A stretch of DNA of 37,645 bases from Dehalococcoidia bacterium (GCA_030615965.1 JAUWYE010000003.1:1-37645), one strand, 5' to 3'. Positions 1 to 10,006 are shown, counted from the stretch's first letter. The notes: generated by a model not told the origin, from the sequence alone. Program-made: numbers and translations.

Positions 1-15
1 TCATTATACAATAAC

Positions 16-44
16 ATAATATCAACGCCAGTTAACATTGTCAA
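16..44 (-). promoter_or_regulatory. sigma70-type promoter firing out of the left end of the window
   Basis: Minus strand reads TTGACA (44-39), 17 nt, TATTAT (21-16), with TG just upstream of the -10. Confidence 0.6.
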
Positions 45-126
45 TTAGCTACTTCCGGCTGGAGGGGCTAAAACTCCTTTACTGGACAACTGCCATGTGG
101 TAGGCTGTGTGGGGTGGGTTGGTGCC

Positions 127-357
127 ATGACCCGCATAGAGAAATATCGCTTGCCGGCAACAGGAGCACAAGAGTATGTTTGCCTGTGTCCGCGCTGTCT
201 AACTTTTGAGACCTTGTGCTTTAGGGACGACATCCTGGTCCCGACAACCAGATTCAATCAGGAGGAAGGCGGCAGGATCTATCATAATTGCAACCAGTAC
301 TCATCTGGGCTGCGCCGGCTATTCCCTAACTGGGAGGTAAAGCCCCAGACAGTGTAG
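127..357 (+). CDS. small Cys/His-containing hypothetical protein (76 aa), possible Zn binder
   Basis: ATG at 127 within ORF 97..357; CLCPRC and YHNC motifs. Confidence 0.55.
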   Translation: MTRIEKYRLPATGAQEYVCLCPRCLTFETLCFRDDILVPTTRFNQEEGGRIYHNCNQYSSGLRRLFPNWEVKPQTV

Positions 358-1251
358 CCATGGCTATTCATACCGACCTTTACTTTTAGATGCACTGAAG
401 AGGATGGTAAAGGCGCCATATCGCTCTAATGCAATAATCCGATTAACCCTTATACATAGTTCTCTCCTTGAGTCCAGGATAGTCTGACTATTTTCAATCT
501 CAACTGGCGGCTTCTCACCGCTCCTAATCTGATTAAGACGAGTGCTTGACGCGGTCTTCGTGGGAAGTAGCAACCATATTTCTGATGCGTGTAAATATTT
601 CTAGTAAAGTATTTGTTAGAACTTTCCTTATCAATGACGATGGGCATTTCAGCAAGAGTGGATAAAGTCAAGAACCCCTGTGGTTTGAAGGAGCTAACCC
701 CCCTTATGTTTGGCGCATATACCAAAGCTGGCCTAAGGAATAAGCCGCGCTTAACTGCACCTCTGGACCCGAAGACCAATTGTAGTATGCTTTAAACATA
801 TCTCATTATTTTCCTATCTGCGATTCCTTTAGCTTCAGGGCATAATTATATCTGAAGTGGCTGGTGGTAAAGAAGATGCTCAGGGCAAAGGACTTCGTTC
901 AGGCTGCCGGCATCAGCAAAACGTTTGACCTGAACAAAAAGATGAAATGTTTAATGCGTTTAACTTACATCATACGCCAAGTAGAATCAAGCTTGATTTT
1001 ACGATCAATGGTTTATGAACATCTGAAAGGGTCTTTACTAGTTTTAAGCTACTTTACTTTTAGTCCACGTTAAAATATCATTAACTATTTGAAGTTTTGC
1101 TTTGCTCCCATCAACTACCAAGTCGGTGACCCGAGGTAATACTGTCTGCACTTGTTTTTCGGTGGAGTGTTCTTCGATTCGCCTTATCTTATTTTTGTCA
1201 GTAAGCCCTTTAATTTCTAATCGCTTTCGGTGCTTTATATACTTCTAGTTG

Positions 1252-1280
1252 TTGCCAGCATTAATTCATAAGACTATAAT
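1252..1280 (+). promoter_or_regulatory. sigma70 promoter, probably giving a leaderless mRNA
   Basis: TTGCCA (1252-1257), 17 nt, TATAAT (1275-1280); ATG at 1287 only 6 nt later; no SD. Confidence 0.65.
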
Positions 1281-1286
1281 TGTGGT

Positions 1287-1697
1287 ATGCAGCAGGCAGA
1301 AATAAGTATCACGATTCCTGGACCGCTGATTACATTCAAATCTGCTTCTTGGGATGCAGGACAGAAGGAACTGTACCTCGAATCACAAGAAGCCATCCGA
1401 GAGGCTGTCAAAAAAAATCAATACTGCGGGATCCTTAGGGAATTGTTAACAAATAGAACCAAGCTCAGGATTGAAGTGGAATTCCATCTCAAACCGTTGC
1501 GAGCCTCAAACGCTGATTTAGATTCTCTTCTGAGCGATCTATTCAATCCATTAGTTGAGGGGGCTTGTGGCCCTCGACCAGTACAGAAGCCAATTCCACA
1601 GGTCAAAGACGCATTGTTCTGGGAATGCCACGCAGTAAAAAATTCAGTGCTAGAAACCGAAGAAAAAACCATTGTTAAGATTCAACCTTTGAGATAG
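1287..1697 (+). CDS. RusA-like (Holliday junction resolvase fold) protein, divergent
   Basis: 136 aa; N-terminal IPG, LRIEVEFHL, DLDSLL (cf. RusA DxDN), C-terminal EKTIVKIQPL. Confidence 0.55.
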   Translation: MQQAEISITIPGPLITFKSASWDAGQKELYLESQEAIREAVKKNQYCGILRELLTNRTKLRIEVEFHLKPLRASNADLDSLLSDLFNPLVEGACGPRPVQKPIPQVKDALFWECHAVKNSVLETEEKTIVKIQPLR

Positions 1698-1842
1698 TTG
1701 AAATTTAATTGATAACTGTTATCTATTCAAATAATGATATAATCAGTATAAAAGTTGCTGAGACTACCCAGTCTTAAATGGTCTGGGCAATAACAGCGCT
1801 GCAAGCCGAACTAGATCGGCAGGAAAAGGAAAAGAGGTCGAT

Positions 1843-2013
1843 ATGAAAGATAGCGTTCAGCTTGTAGAAGCATACTTCAGAGACCTCAGAGATATCCGTC
1901 AGACTGGCGGAGGCGTTAAGGAAGAATCATATTACTCCAACCTACTCTTGATGAGAATTATGAACGGTGTAAAAAGAGTGCGTACAAGTGGCCGACCAAG
2001 ACTGGGTAATTAG
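1843..2013 (+). pseudogene. internally deleted remnant of a large Type ISP/IIG-like RM (N-6 DNA methylase) gene
   Basis: SD GAGG + ATG 1843 gives MKDSVQLVEAYFRDLRDIRQTGGGVKEESYY (N-terminus-like). From ~1929 another frame reads ILLQPTLDENYERCKKSAYKWPTKTG* (TAA 2007-2009), resembling the C-terminus of the same family. Confidence 0.6.
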
Positions 2014-2073
2014 CTGGTTTCAATGAAGGTGATTCTTACTCCAGCTGAAATACTTTAAAATCTGAGAAGGCTA

Positions 2074-5000
2074 ATGCAAGAAGACAGTGCTAAAAACCTA
2101 CTAGAAGCAGCATATAGTGACTTAGGTTACGATGAAGGTGATTTATGGGATGCGACTAAAGCGTCTCCCAGCATAGATTATGATGAGTGGATAGAGAAGG
2201 GTGATTGGTTAACCCTAGCCAATAATGTTGGTGCTGAAAAATTATTCTTTGTAGATAATAATCCGGTTGTTGTTTTTGCTCGCTGCGAAAGCGAAGATGC
2301 TGAAATACTTCGCGTAATCTATAACAAAATATGGTGCATGTCACGCCCACGCCTATTATTCTTAGCGAAGCCTGGAGAGTTGGCTGTCTACGATCTTGCT
2401 AATGAACCTTTTAGAACGCACGGAGACTGGCAAAAACGTAAGGTTCTAAACGTAGTAAATAGTATTAAGGAAGTTGCTACAAAACTAAAACAGTATAGAA
2501 AAGAACAAATAGAAACCGGATACCTTTTTGAAGAAAAACATTTTGGCGATTTGAAGTATCGGGCTGACAAATCTTTAATCCAAGACATAAAGAAGATACG
2601 TGAGGCTCTAATCAATAATGGACTGACCGGAGAAAAACTTAAGTATGCCCATGCTCTAATAGGGAGGTCAATATTTGTTCGCTATTTGGAAGACAGAGAG
2701 ATATTAACACGTGAGTACTTTTATAACATCGCGGAGCAAGATGCAGATTGGGTGGCCCTGTTAGACTCAACATCGGTAAAACCTGACATTGACCCTGAAA
2801 TGGGGAAACGCCTTTACCACAATATTTTAGGAAATAAAGATTTTACTTATGCGCTTTTTAACAAGCTGGCTAAAGATTTCAATGGGGATATGTTTCCTCA
2901 AAGTGATGAGGAACGAGACATCGTTTCTGAGGATCATCTGTTGCTACTTCAGAGCTTTCTACGTGGTGATATGGACATCCAGAAGAAGCTCCTCTTCTTT
3001 GCGTATCGTTTCGAGATAATTCCGATTGAATTGATAAGCAGTATTTATGAGGAATTTTATCATAAGGAAATCGGAGTAAAAAATACTAAAGGTTCTTTCT
3101 ATACTCCTCCAGCTTTAGTAGAATTTCTCCTACATCATGTCCTGACAAGAGTAAAACTTGAAACTAAGCCACGTATATTAGACCCTGCCTGTGGCTCAGG
3201 CATTTTTCTGGTCGAAGCTTTTAGGCGGATAGTAAGGTTTCAAGCAAAGCTTGCTGGACGGCGGTTAAGCTTCTCAGAACTAACAAAGATACTGAAGGAA
3301 CAAATAGCCGGCATAGATATTAATCCTGAAGCCATACAGGTTGCCGCATTTAGTCTGTATCTGGCAATGCTGCATTATCTCGAACCACCCGATATATTAC
3401 ATCATATCGAAAGCGGTGACCATCTTCCTCATTTTACAGTCAACTCAAATACCCAAGATAATGTTTCCCTAAATATATTATTAATCGCTAATACGTTCGA
3501 TATTGATTTGAGCATACCCGTATCTTTAAGAGAGAAATTCTCACAATCTTGTGCTGATGTAGTTGTCGCCAATCCACCTTGGGGAGACCCAAAATCGGAA
3601 GATAAAGAGGCACGAGAGGCAAACGATATCGGCCTCCGTTGGTGTGCAAGTAACGATTATCCGGTAGGGGATAAGGAAAGGTCACAGACATATATATGGA
3701 AAACTATAGACCTTTTGCGTTACGGTGGGACAGCAGGGTTACTCGTTTCTGCAGGTATGCTATTTAATTTCAATCGTCCAACTATAGAGTTTAGGAAAAA
3801 GTTTTTCTCCTCTGTTACTGTTGATTATATTTTTAACTTCACGCATACCAGAAAGTTTTTCTTTAAAGGATCAAACGCTCCATTTATAGCAGTGATCTTC
3901 AACAAGACTGAGGCTATTGAATCAAAAAACAGGATTCATTACTGGTCTGCAAAGCGAACCGCAAACATAGAATCATTACAGTCTGTAATATTGAGTAGAA
4001 ACGATCTGAAATTCATTGACCAATCGGATGCCGTAAAAGAGCACATTTGGAAGATTTATTGGTGGGGTAATCACCAGGACGAAGCACTTATCCGATATTT
4101 GAAAATGAATGATCGCCTTCGTGATTTGACAAAACCGGATTTAGTGGGACAAGGATTTAAAAAAGCAAATCAGAAGTTGGATGCTAATTGGTTAAAGCAA
4201 TACAAAGAATTTCCTGCAGAATCATTTCAAAGATATGGACAATATGATGCTAGCTTATTAAGAGAGGTTCCACAAAAATTCGAGTCGAGAGGCTCTCAGA
4301 TAATATATGAAGGGCCCCGACTGTTGATAGGACGTGGGATCGACGAAAAGACTCGTCCGAAAGGAAAAATCATTGCACGTTTTGAGACTGATAAGTTCTG
4401 CTTTACTAATTCAATTCATGGAATAAAACTAACAAATGCAGAGGACTGGCGTTATAAATGCATTCTGGGTATATTATGGTCTTCATTATCACGCTATTAT
4501 TTCTTTATGACGTCCGGTTCATGGGGAATGTGGCACAACGACATTCGTCTGAATGAACTGCTAAATTTACCAATTAGATTACCAGAGGATGGTAGTTTGA
4601 AAGAGAAGATAATCGATACTGTTAATAAACTGAGAGACTCCATTCCAGATGAAAATGAGTTTGCTTTATTTACGAATACACGGAATAGAAACAATTCTAA
4701 TCGCTTAAGAGAACTAGAGGGAAAGCTAGATGCAGCGGTATTCAAACTGTATGAATTGAGTGAGTCAGAAATAGATTTAATAAACGATTTATGTGATGTA
4801 GGAATTGAATATTTCTATTTCGCTTCCAAGAGCTCTGCTAGCGAAGCATTATCTCAAAATAGTCCTGCTATTAGAGAATATTTAGAAGCTTTTTCAGAAA
4901 TATGGAACCGAGAATTAGATAAAGATTCTGAATTTTCTTATGAAATGATAATCCCTCAAAATGGAATAGGTATGATCGCTGCTATTTTTTCGCCTCAACA

Positions 5001-5256
5001 TACAAGAAACGCCCAAAGCAAGCAGGTTATAACATCTGATTACAACAGATGGGACGAACTACTTAAAGATGAAAGTCTTTTTACGTACCCACTCGGAAGC
5101 AGAAGAATATACGTTGATGGCATATTACGTGTAGTAACTGATAAGGAAATAGTAATTATAAAAAGAAATGAAATCAGACTATGGACACGCAGTATGGCAC
5201 GCGAAGATGCAGAAGCAACTTTAGTGCAAGCGATGAGCCGGAAAGCAGTACAGTAG
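2074..5256 (+). CDS. large N6-adenine DNA methyltransferase (N-6 DNA methylase, Type IIG-like) with C-terminal target-recognition region
   Basis: 1060 aa; GSFYTPP, motif I ILDPACGSGIFL, GIDIN, motif IV VVANPPW. Confidence 0.9.
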   Translation: MQEDSAKNLLEAAYSDLGYDEGDLWDATKASPSIDYDEWIEKGDWLTLANNVGAEKLFFVDNNPVVVFARCESEDAEILRVIYNKIWCMSRPRLLFLAKPGELAVYDLANEPFRTHGDWQKRKVLNVVNSIKEVATKLKQYRKEQIETGYLFEEKHFGDLKYRADKSLIQDIKKIREALINNGLTGEKLKYAHALIGRSIFVRYLEDREILTREYFYNIAEQDADWVALLDSTSVKPDIDPEMGKRLYHNILGNKDFTYALFNKLAKDFNGDMFPQSDEERDIVSEDHLLLLQSFLRGDMDIQKKLLFFAYRFEIIPIELISSIYEEFYHKEIGVKNTKGSFYTPPALVEFLLHHVLTRVKLETKPRILDPACGSGIFLVEAFRRIVRFQAKLAGRRLSFSELTKILKEQIAGIDINPEAIQVAAFSLYLAMLHYLEPPDILHHIESGDHLPHFTVNSNTQDNVSLNILLIANTFDIDLSIPVSLREKFSQSCADVVVANPPWGDPKSEDKEAREANDIGLRWCASNDYPVGDKERSQTYIWKTIDLLRYGGTAGLLVSAGMLFNFNRPTIEFRKKFFSSVTVDYIFNFTHTRKFFFKGSNAPFIAVIFNKTEAIESKNRIHYWSAKRTANIESLQSVILSRNDLKFIDQSDAVKEHIWKIYWWGNHQDEALIRYLKMNDRLRDLTKPDLVGQGFKKANQKLDANWLKQYKEFPAESFQRYGQYDASLLREVPQKFESRGSQIIYEGPRLLIGRGIDEKTRPKGKIIARFETDKFCFTNSIHGIKLTNAEDWRYKCILGILWSSLSRYYFFMTSGSWGMWHNDIRLNELLNLPIRLPEDGSLKEKIIDTVNKLRDSIPDENEFALFTNTRNRNNSNRLRELEGKLDAAVFKLYELSESEIDLINDLCDVGIEYFYFASKSSASEALSQNSPAIREYLEAFSEIWNRELDKDSEFSYEMIIPQNGIGMIAAIFSPQHTRNAQSKQVITSDYNRWDELLKDESLFTYPLGSRRIYVDGILRVVTDKEIVIIKRNEIRLWTRSMAREDAEATLVQAMSRKAVQ

Positions 5257-5267
5257 AGAATATTATT

Positions 5268-5972
5268 ATGCAAAAAGCTAGAATACCGTCTCCTGATAAA
5301 CTGTGGAGAAACATAGAAGAGCGGATAATAGAAGTAATATCCATTGCCCTCACAATGCTTCAGCAGGAATCTTCGTTGCCAAGCAAAGAAGATGAAATTA
5401 ATCCTAAGTTATGTGTAAAACTCCGGAAGGCAAACTATGATTTATGGAGTAAAGGCAGAGGCTTGCTCTCACCGCCTTTTTGTGAGGCACAGAATCAACC
5501 ACTAACAGAAGAAGACATCAATTCCCCACATATTAATAAAAAACCAGACATTCAATGGGGAATAACTAACCCCTCTGAAGAAGATTATGAAAAGGCCTAT
5601 AAATTTTACGCAATTGAATGTAAACGTTTAGGGGATCCTCCTAGCGATTCATGGATTCTAAACGAAAACTACATGAAGAAAGGTATTCTACGTTTCATTA
5701 AGAAAGAACATAGTTATGGGAAATTCACACCATCCGGAGCAATGGTTGGATATATTCAGAGCATGGAACTTGATGACATACTCAAAGAAGTGAATGGCTA
5801 TTTACAAGAAGAATCACTTGCCGAAATCGTTTTGCCCTTTAGTGGCTGGAATAAAAACGGAGTTTCTAGATTGGAGCAATGCTTAGAAAGGAGTGAAGTA
5901 CCACCCAGTCCATTTGATTTGAGACACCTGTGGGTTGATTTAAGAAACAATTATCACAGCCAGAAAAATTAG
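5268..5972 (+). CDS. PD-(D/E)XK-type nuclease partner of the methyltransferase
   Basis: 234 aa from ATG 5268, 11 nt after the MTase stop; KPDIQW...FYAIECKRL catalytic-type motif, followed by GILRF and MVGYIQ. Confidence 0.7.
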   Translation: MQKARIPSPDKLWRNIEERIIEVISIALTMLQQESSLPSKEDEINPKLCVKLRKANYDLWSKGRGLLSPPFCEAQNQPLTEEDINSPHINKKPDIQWGITNPSEEDYEKAYKFYAIECKRLGDPPSDSWILNENYMKKGILRFIKKEHSYGKFTPSGAMVGYIQSMELDDILKEVNGYLQEESLAEIVLPFSGWNKNGVSRLEQCLERSEVPPSPFDLRHLWVDLRNNYHSQKN

Positions 5973-6479
5973 TCGGTCGGCTTTCTAAAAATTGGTACGC
6001 CCCAGATCCACAGTCATGGTCTCACATATGATTGACTTCAGTACATTCAGTCTCTAACAAAATCTATCGACCATTCCGCAGATAAGTCCTTAACTATACT
6101 GACATCAGTATACTGGAGTAGGCGAACAGCTGGATACAAAAGAATAGTGATAGGATCTAGTAGCTTGGGAAAATAGTCACTATACTGGATAGACTAAGAC
6201 TACCAAAGGTGAGTAGCTGAGTCACTGACTATGTTAATGCTCCTAGCTACTCAGAGCACTCATGAACTACACACAAACTCCACTAACTGTACATGCCGTT
6301 TCAGTAACTCGAATACAGTATACCTCATTAGGAAGTCACTAGCTCAGTAGTTTGGTAGGATAAATTCCAGTTCCGTCCATTACACTTTCTGACGTTTTGT
6401 ATTCTCCAACATGCAATATCGTTACCTACAGCCATCCAACTCCAGCCCACTAAACAAACTACCCCAAAACCCATATATT

Positions 6480-7616
6480 CTAGTCGATAATATCCTCTTT
6501 GAGACCATGTAATCCATTCACCCAAGGTATAGGAGCTATGAGCATTGGTGCATCTGCTTCTTCAAGGATTTCTTTAACCTCTGACTCATTCTTAACGCAA
6601 TTATAATGATAGCGTAATTCCTTCATTTTACCAGCATATCTACCCGTCTTATGATATGCTTCACCGTGGTATACAATATACTCACAATTCTTCTTCGCTA
6701 CATTAATATCTTTATACAAGGAACACTGACTACAATCGAAGTATCCCTGCTCAGGTTCTTCATTATTTGAGCAGATCTTAATAACCTCATCACAGTACAA
6801 AATCCACTCAGAGCATCTACCGCACCTATAAGGTTGTGGTTGATTACGATCTCCAATATTAACTGAGAAAACTGGAATGGATGTAACTAGCGAAAACGAA
6901 CTCATCTGCTCTTCCTTACCTGTCCCAACTTCTATTCCAAATATTTCTCCTTTAGACCTAAGTAATAGATAATCTGGAGGTACAATAAAGCTTTGATTCC
7001 CAAGTATACGTTGTGAATGCAACAGAGAAACTAAGTAACCGAAGTTCTTTCTAACGAAATGAGCATAAACCAACAATTCTGGAACAGCTCCTATCCGTTT
7101 AGGCAGCATAGAATCATAACAACTCTCATGGCTTTGACCTTCTCCATATCTACCAGGAATGATCTTTCCCTTATAATTCCTTAATTCCGTAAATCTTTGT
7201 TGTTGATATTTATCTTCAAAGAAATCGGTACCCATTTTACTTTCTAGTGTATCAAGCATTTTATTCCTGAGTCCTGTATCTACAGATGTATCTTCCATCA
7301 GAAGAATAAGATTGCATACATACATTATCATAGACACAAAAGCTTCTCTTTGCTCATCGCCACGTACTGAGAAATAATAGCCTCTTCCAGTTAATATGTA
7401 TTGCAGAAGGTCACCAAGTATCATTTGTCTACCATATCCATACTTGCCTCCTTTCTTACCTCCTACATATATTTCTTTACGAAGTTCATCATATAGAGGT
7501 AAACCCTCAAGCTTCCGAGAAATCTCTGCATATGTGGGATAATTTCCTCTAAAGAATTTATCCAATACTGACAGGTGTTTCCCCGCAACAGAAAGACTGT
7601 CTAATAATTTTTTCAT
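6480..7616 (-). CDS. hypothetical restriction-endonuclease-like protein with Cys-rich C-terminus
   Basis: 378 aa; VPPDYLLL...FGIEVGTGK (PD...E-x-x-x-x-K variant); CGRC, CSQC and HYNC potential Zn ligands; 21 nt downstream of the REase. Confidence 0.6.
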   Translation of the reverse strand: MKKLLDSLSVAGKHLSVLDKFFRGNYPTYAEISRKLEGLPLYDELRKEIYVGGKKGGKYGYGRQMILGDLLQYILTGRGYYFSVRGDEQREAFVSMIMYVCNLILLMEDTSVDTGLRNKMLDTLESKMGTDFFEDKYQQQRFTELRNYKGKIIPGRYGEGQSHESCYDSMLPKRIGAVPELLVYAHFVRKNFGYLVSLLHSQRILGNQSFIVPPDYLLLRSKGEIFGIEVGTGKEEQMSSFSLVTSIPVFSVNIGDRNQPQPYRCGRCSEWILYCDEVIKICSNNEEPEQGYFDCSQCSLYKDINVAKKNCEYIVYHGEAYHKTGRYAGKMKELRYHYNCVKNESEVKEILEEADAPMLIAPIPWVNGLHGLKEDIID

Positions 7617-7637
7617 AATGGCTTAACTTCTTTTAGA

Positions 7638-8417
7638 TTATCTAGTAAATTTAGCAAAATATTGGTCAATTTCTTCTCTCAATTCGACCCCCACTCTTTC
7701 AAAGCAATCTAACAAATCCTCATAGGCTCCTTCACCACCAAGAAAGTTCCAAAATTCATCCCCCACCTTCAATTCATTCTCTAGATCCAGCATCCCTCTC
7801 ATTGTCCAACGATTATACGGCTGCGGCTCATAAGGATTATAAGGAATGGCAATCAATGTGTTTACCTCAGCCTTCGGATTAGAAGCCAGAACCGAAGCCG
7901 CCCACTCCAATAATGTCCTTTTAAACTCTTTAAAACCTCCGGCATTCGGCTTTGCGGTCTTTAAATCAATTAAGTAAAGCTCGCCTGCCTTACTTTCAAG
8001 TTGTATATCTACTCTTGTAAGATTCACTTTTCGCTTCGAGCCCGATTGGCAAAATTTTCTAATGGTATCAATTTCTTCAATCTTATTTGGTGATGCTACA
8101 GCTGTCATTAAGTTATCCATCGTCTTTTGTATCTCAAATTGTGCATCTTCATAGATATACTCACCCGCTATGGCATGGGATTTGGCGCTCTTAAAGTTAC
8201 CTTCTGATATTGTTACGGCAATTGGTTCAAATATGGCCGTACCAAAATTAGTACTTAAAGAATGTATAAAAGAGTACAATGCCAGTCTGTCTTTACCGAG
8301 TAATCTGGTATGAAAGGGCATTGAGGCTGGTTCCGGATTGTAGTTTTGGAACTTTTTCCTTAAACTACTTTTTAGTACTTGTTCAACATCAGAGATCTGT
8401 TTTCTTGTAAGTCCCAT
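7638..8417 (-). CDS. Type II restriction endonuclease, TdeIII/MjaII family (family members cut GGNCC)
   Basis: 259 aa; MPFHTRLLG, SFIHSLSTNFGT, VDI...IDLKTAKPN, AIPYNPY, EFWNFLGG. Confidence 0.8.
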   Translation of the reverse strand: MGLTRKQISDVEQVLKSSLRKKFQNYNPEPASMPFHTRLLGKDRLALYSFIHSLSTNFGTAIFEPIAVTISEGNFKSAKSHAIAGEYIYEDAQFEIQKTMDNLMTAVASPNKIEEIDTIRKFCQSGSKRKVNLTRVDIQLESKAGELYLIDLKTAKPNAGGFKEFKRTLLEWAASVLASNPKAEVNTLIAIPYNPYEPQPYNRWTMRGMLDLENELKVGDEFWNFLGGEGAYEDLLDCFERVGVELREEIDQYFAKFTR

Positions 8418-8422
8418 AATAC

Positions 8423-10006
8423 TTATCCCTTTAAGTGAAATATGGTTTCTGAATAAGCACCCTTATCTCTTTCAGTTCTGTTTAATACTGGTCGCTTGTG
8501 TCTATTCACAACCTGCATGTTTGCTTTTTCAGCTATCAACGGATACAGGTCATATTTGTCATTTGCCACGAGAAAAACATCATAGTCATTAGCCAAATAT
8601 TTTCTGCAATTGTTTAAGACCTCCGAAATTGCTCGGATATATGACTCCCGGGCGTCTGCTCCCTGCCCGCTTGAGAGTGGGCCGATTTCCAGTTGGTCTT
8701 TTCTTTCAAAGTGGAATAAGTCATATGCATACGCATGTTGGTCATGATAGTCTATTAAACCTACGTAAGGCGGACTCGAAAATATCCCCTTGATTCTTTG
8801 GTCTTTAATTAGCCGGGCAAGGAACTGGTCATTCTCTTCCAGTTCCTTCACTATGTTAATAGTCCTAGAATCTCCGGTTAAACAGACCTGGTGAGTATCC
8901 GTTCGCAACTTATCAAACTGGGCTAGTCTTTCTATCGTGTCCTTACTGTATCTTACCCACCAGCTCACAATCGAAAATAGAGGCTTACATATTTTCCCAT
9001 GTTTATGGCAATAGTAAGTAGATGTTACCGGATCTTTAAGTGTGGCTAGGTCGAAGTGTGTTGTTGCACGACACGAACGGATAGTCCGGCTAAGAACTAC
9101 GATCAATACGTTTCTAATATCTTGGTCGCTAATTTGTTCAAATAAACTTTTAACAAAGTCTATTTCGCGTCTTACGTGTTTCATGTACCATTTGTTTAAG
9201 AATGTCCCGTTATCTTCTAAGCTCAGATCAATATTATATTGGGCTACCAGAGCATCATATATTAGTTTAAAATCATTTTCCTTCTCTGTACCATATTCCT
9301 CTTCGTCGATATCTCCGGCTCTTACCCTTAATTTAAATTCAGGTGAAGGAAAATACCTGGTGTTATAATTTACCAAAGCTTCTTTTAAGGAGGATTCAAA
9401 TTTAACGGTATTGGAATTGGAAACAAACTCTCTTAACGTTGAAGTAACTCTGCGCACTTCACTAGATAAATCAACTGGGTTATATTTATTTGTCTTTACA
9501 TTGCTGATTAACGCGTTAAAACTTGAAACATCTATACCGATACCGTGCATTCCGAGTTCGTTTGCTTGTACCAGGGCAGTGCCGCTACCACAGAAGGGAT
9601 CCAGTATAGTATCACCTTTTTTGAAATAGACGTCTTTTTTGAAATCGTTAACGTGGTTATCTAGGAAGTATTCAACCAGTTGAGGGATAAACTTACCTTT
9701 ATAAGGGTGTAGCCTGTGAACATGTTTGGTTCTCTCAGATTCTTTAAGATGGTCAAATGACAAGCTCCAATTTAGATCGTCCCCAAGCTTCCTAACCCAT
9801 TCTGTTTCCTTTTTCCCATGGTATGACTCATAGTACTTAATTAAATCCTCTTTATTAATCCAGGTATTGCCATTCTCGGTAACTCTATTTATTCTGCCAT
9901 ACTGGATCAGGTACGAAATGTTGGATGTAGTGACATTTCTCCCTAGATATTCACTCGCCCACTTGCTGGCCTGCTTGATTGTCATTAAGTTCGACGCTTC
10001 TTCCAT
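8423..10006 (-). CDS. site-specific DNA methyltransferase (likely N4-cytosine) with N-terminal HTH, M.MjaII/M.TdeIII-like
   Basis: 527 aa; HRLHPYKGKFIPQL, motif I LDPFCGSGT, motif IV SSPPY; N-terminal MTIKQASKWA...SNISYLIQYGRI HTH-like segment; 5 nt from the REase. Confidence 0.88.
   Translation of the reverse strand: MEEASNLMTIKQASKWASEYLGRNVTTSNISYLIQYGRINRVTENGNTWINKEDLIKYYESYHGKKETEWVRKLGDDLNWSLSFDHLKESERTKHVHRLHPYKGKFIPQLVEYFLDNHVNDFKKDVYFKKGDTILDPFCGSGTALVQANELGMHGIGIDVSSFNALISNVKTNKYNPVDLSSEVRRVTSTLREFVSNSNTVKFESSLKEALVNYNTRYFPSPEFKLRVRAGDIDEEEYGTEKENDFKLIYDALVAQYNIDLSLEDNGTFLNKWYMKHVRREIDFVKSLFEQISDQDIRNVLIVVLSRTIRSCRATTHFDLATLKDPVTSTYYCHKHGKICKPLFSIVSWWVRYSKDTIERLAQFDKLRTDTHQVCLTGDSRTINIVKELEENDQFLARLIKDQRIKGIFSSPPYVGLIDYHDQHAYAYDLFHFERKDQLEIGPLSSGQGADARESYIRAISEVLNNCRKYLANDYDVFLVANDKYDLYPLIAEKANMQVVNRHKRPVLNRTERDKGAYSETIFHLKG

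Noticed and set aside
364-1073. Short ORFs 364..573, 450..779, 613..795 and 864..1073
   Set aside because: Overlapping, with no recognisable motifs or good SD; possibly a decayed minus-strand gene, but not supportable
5181-5267. Longer start for the nuclease ORF
   Set aside because: Overlaps the MTase by 76 nt; ATG 5268 gives normal operon spacing
5973-6479. CRISPR or regular repeat array
   Set aside because: Only 7-9-nt motifs recur, with irregular spacing; no cas genes
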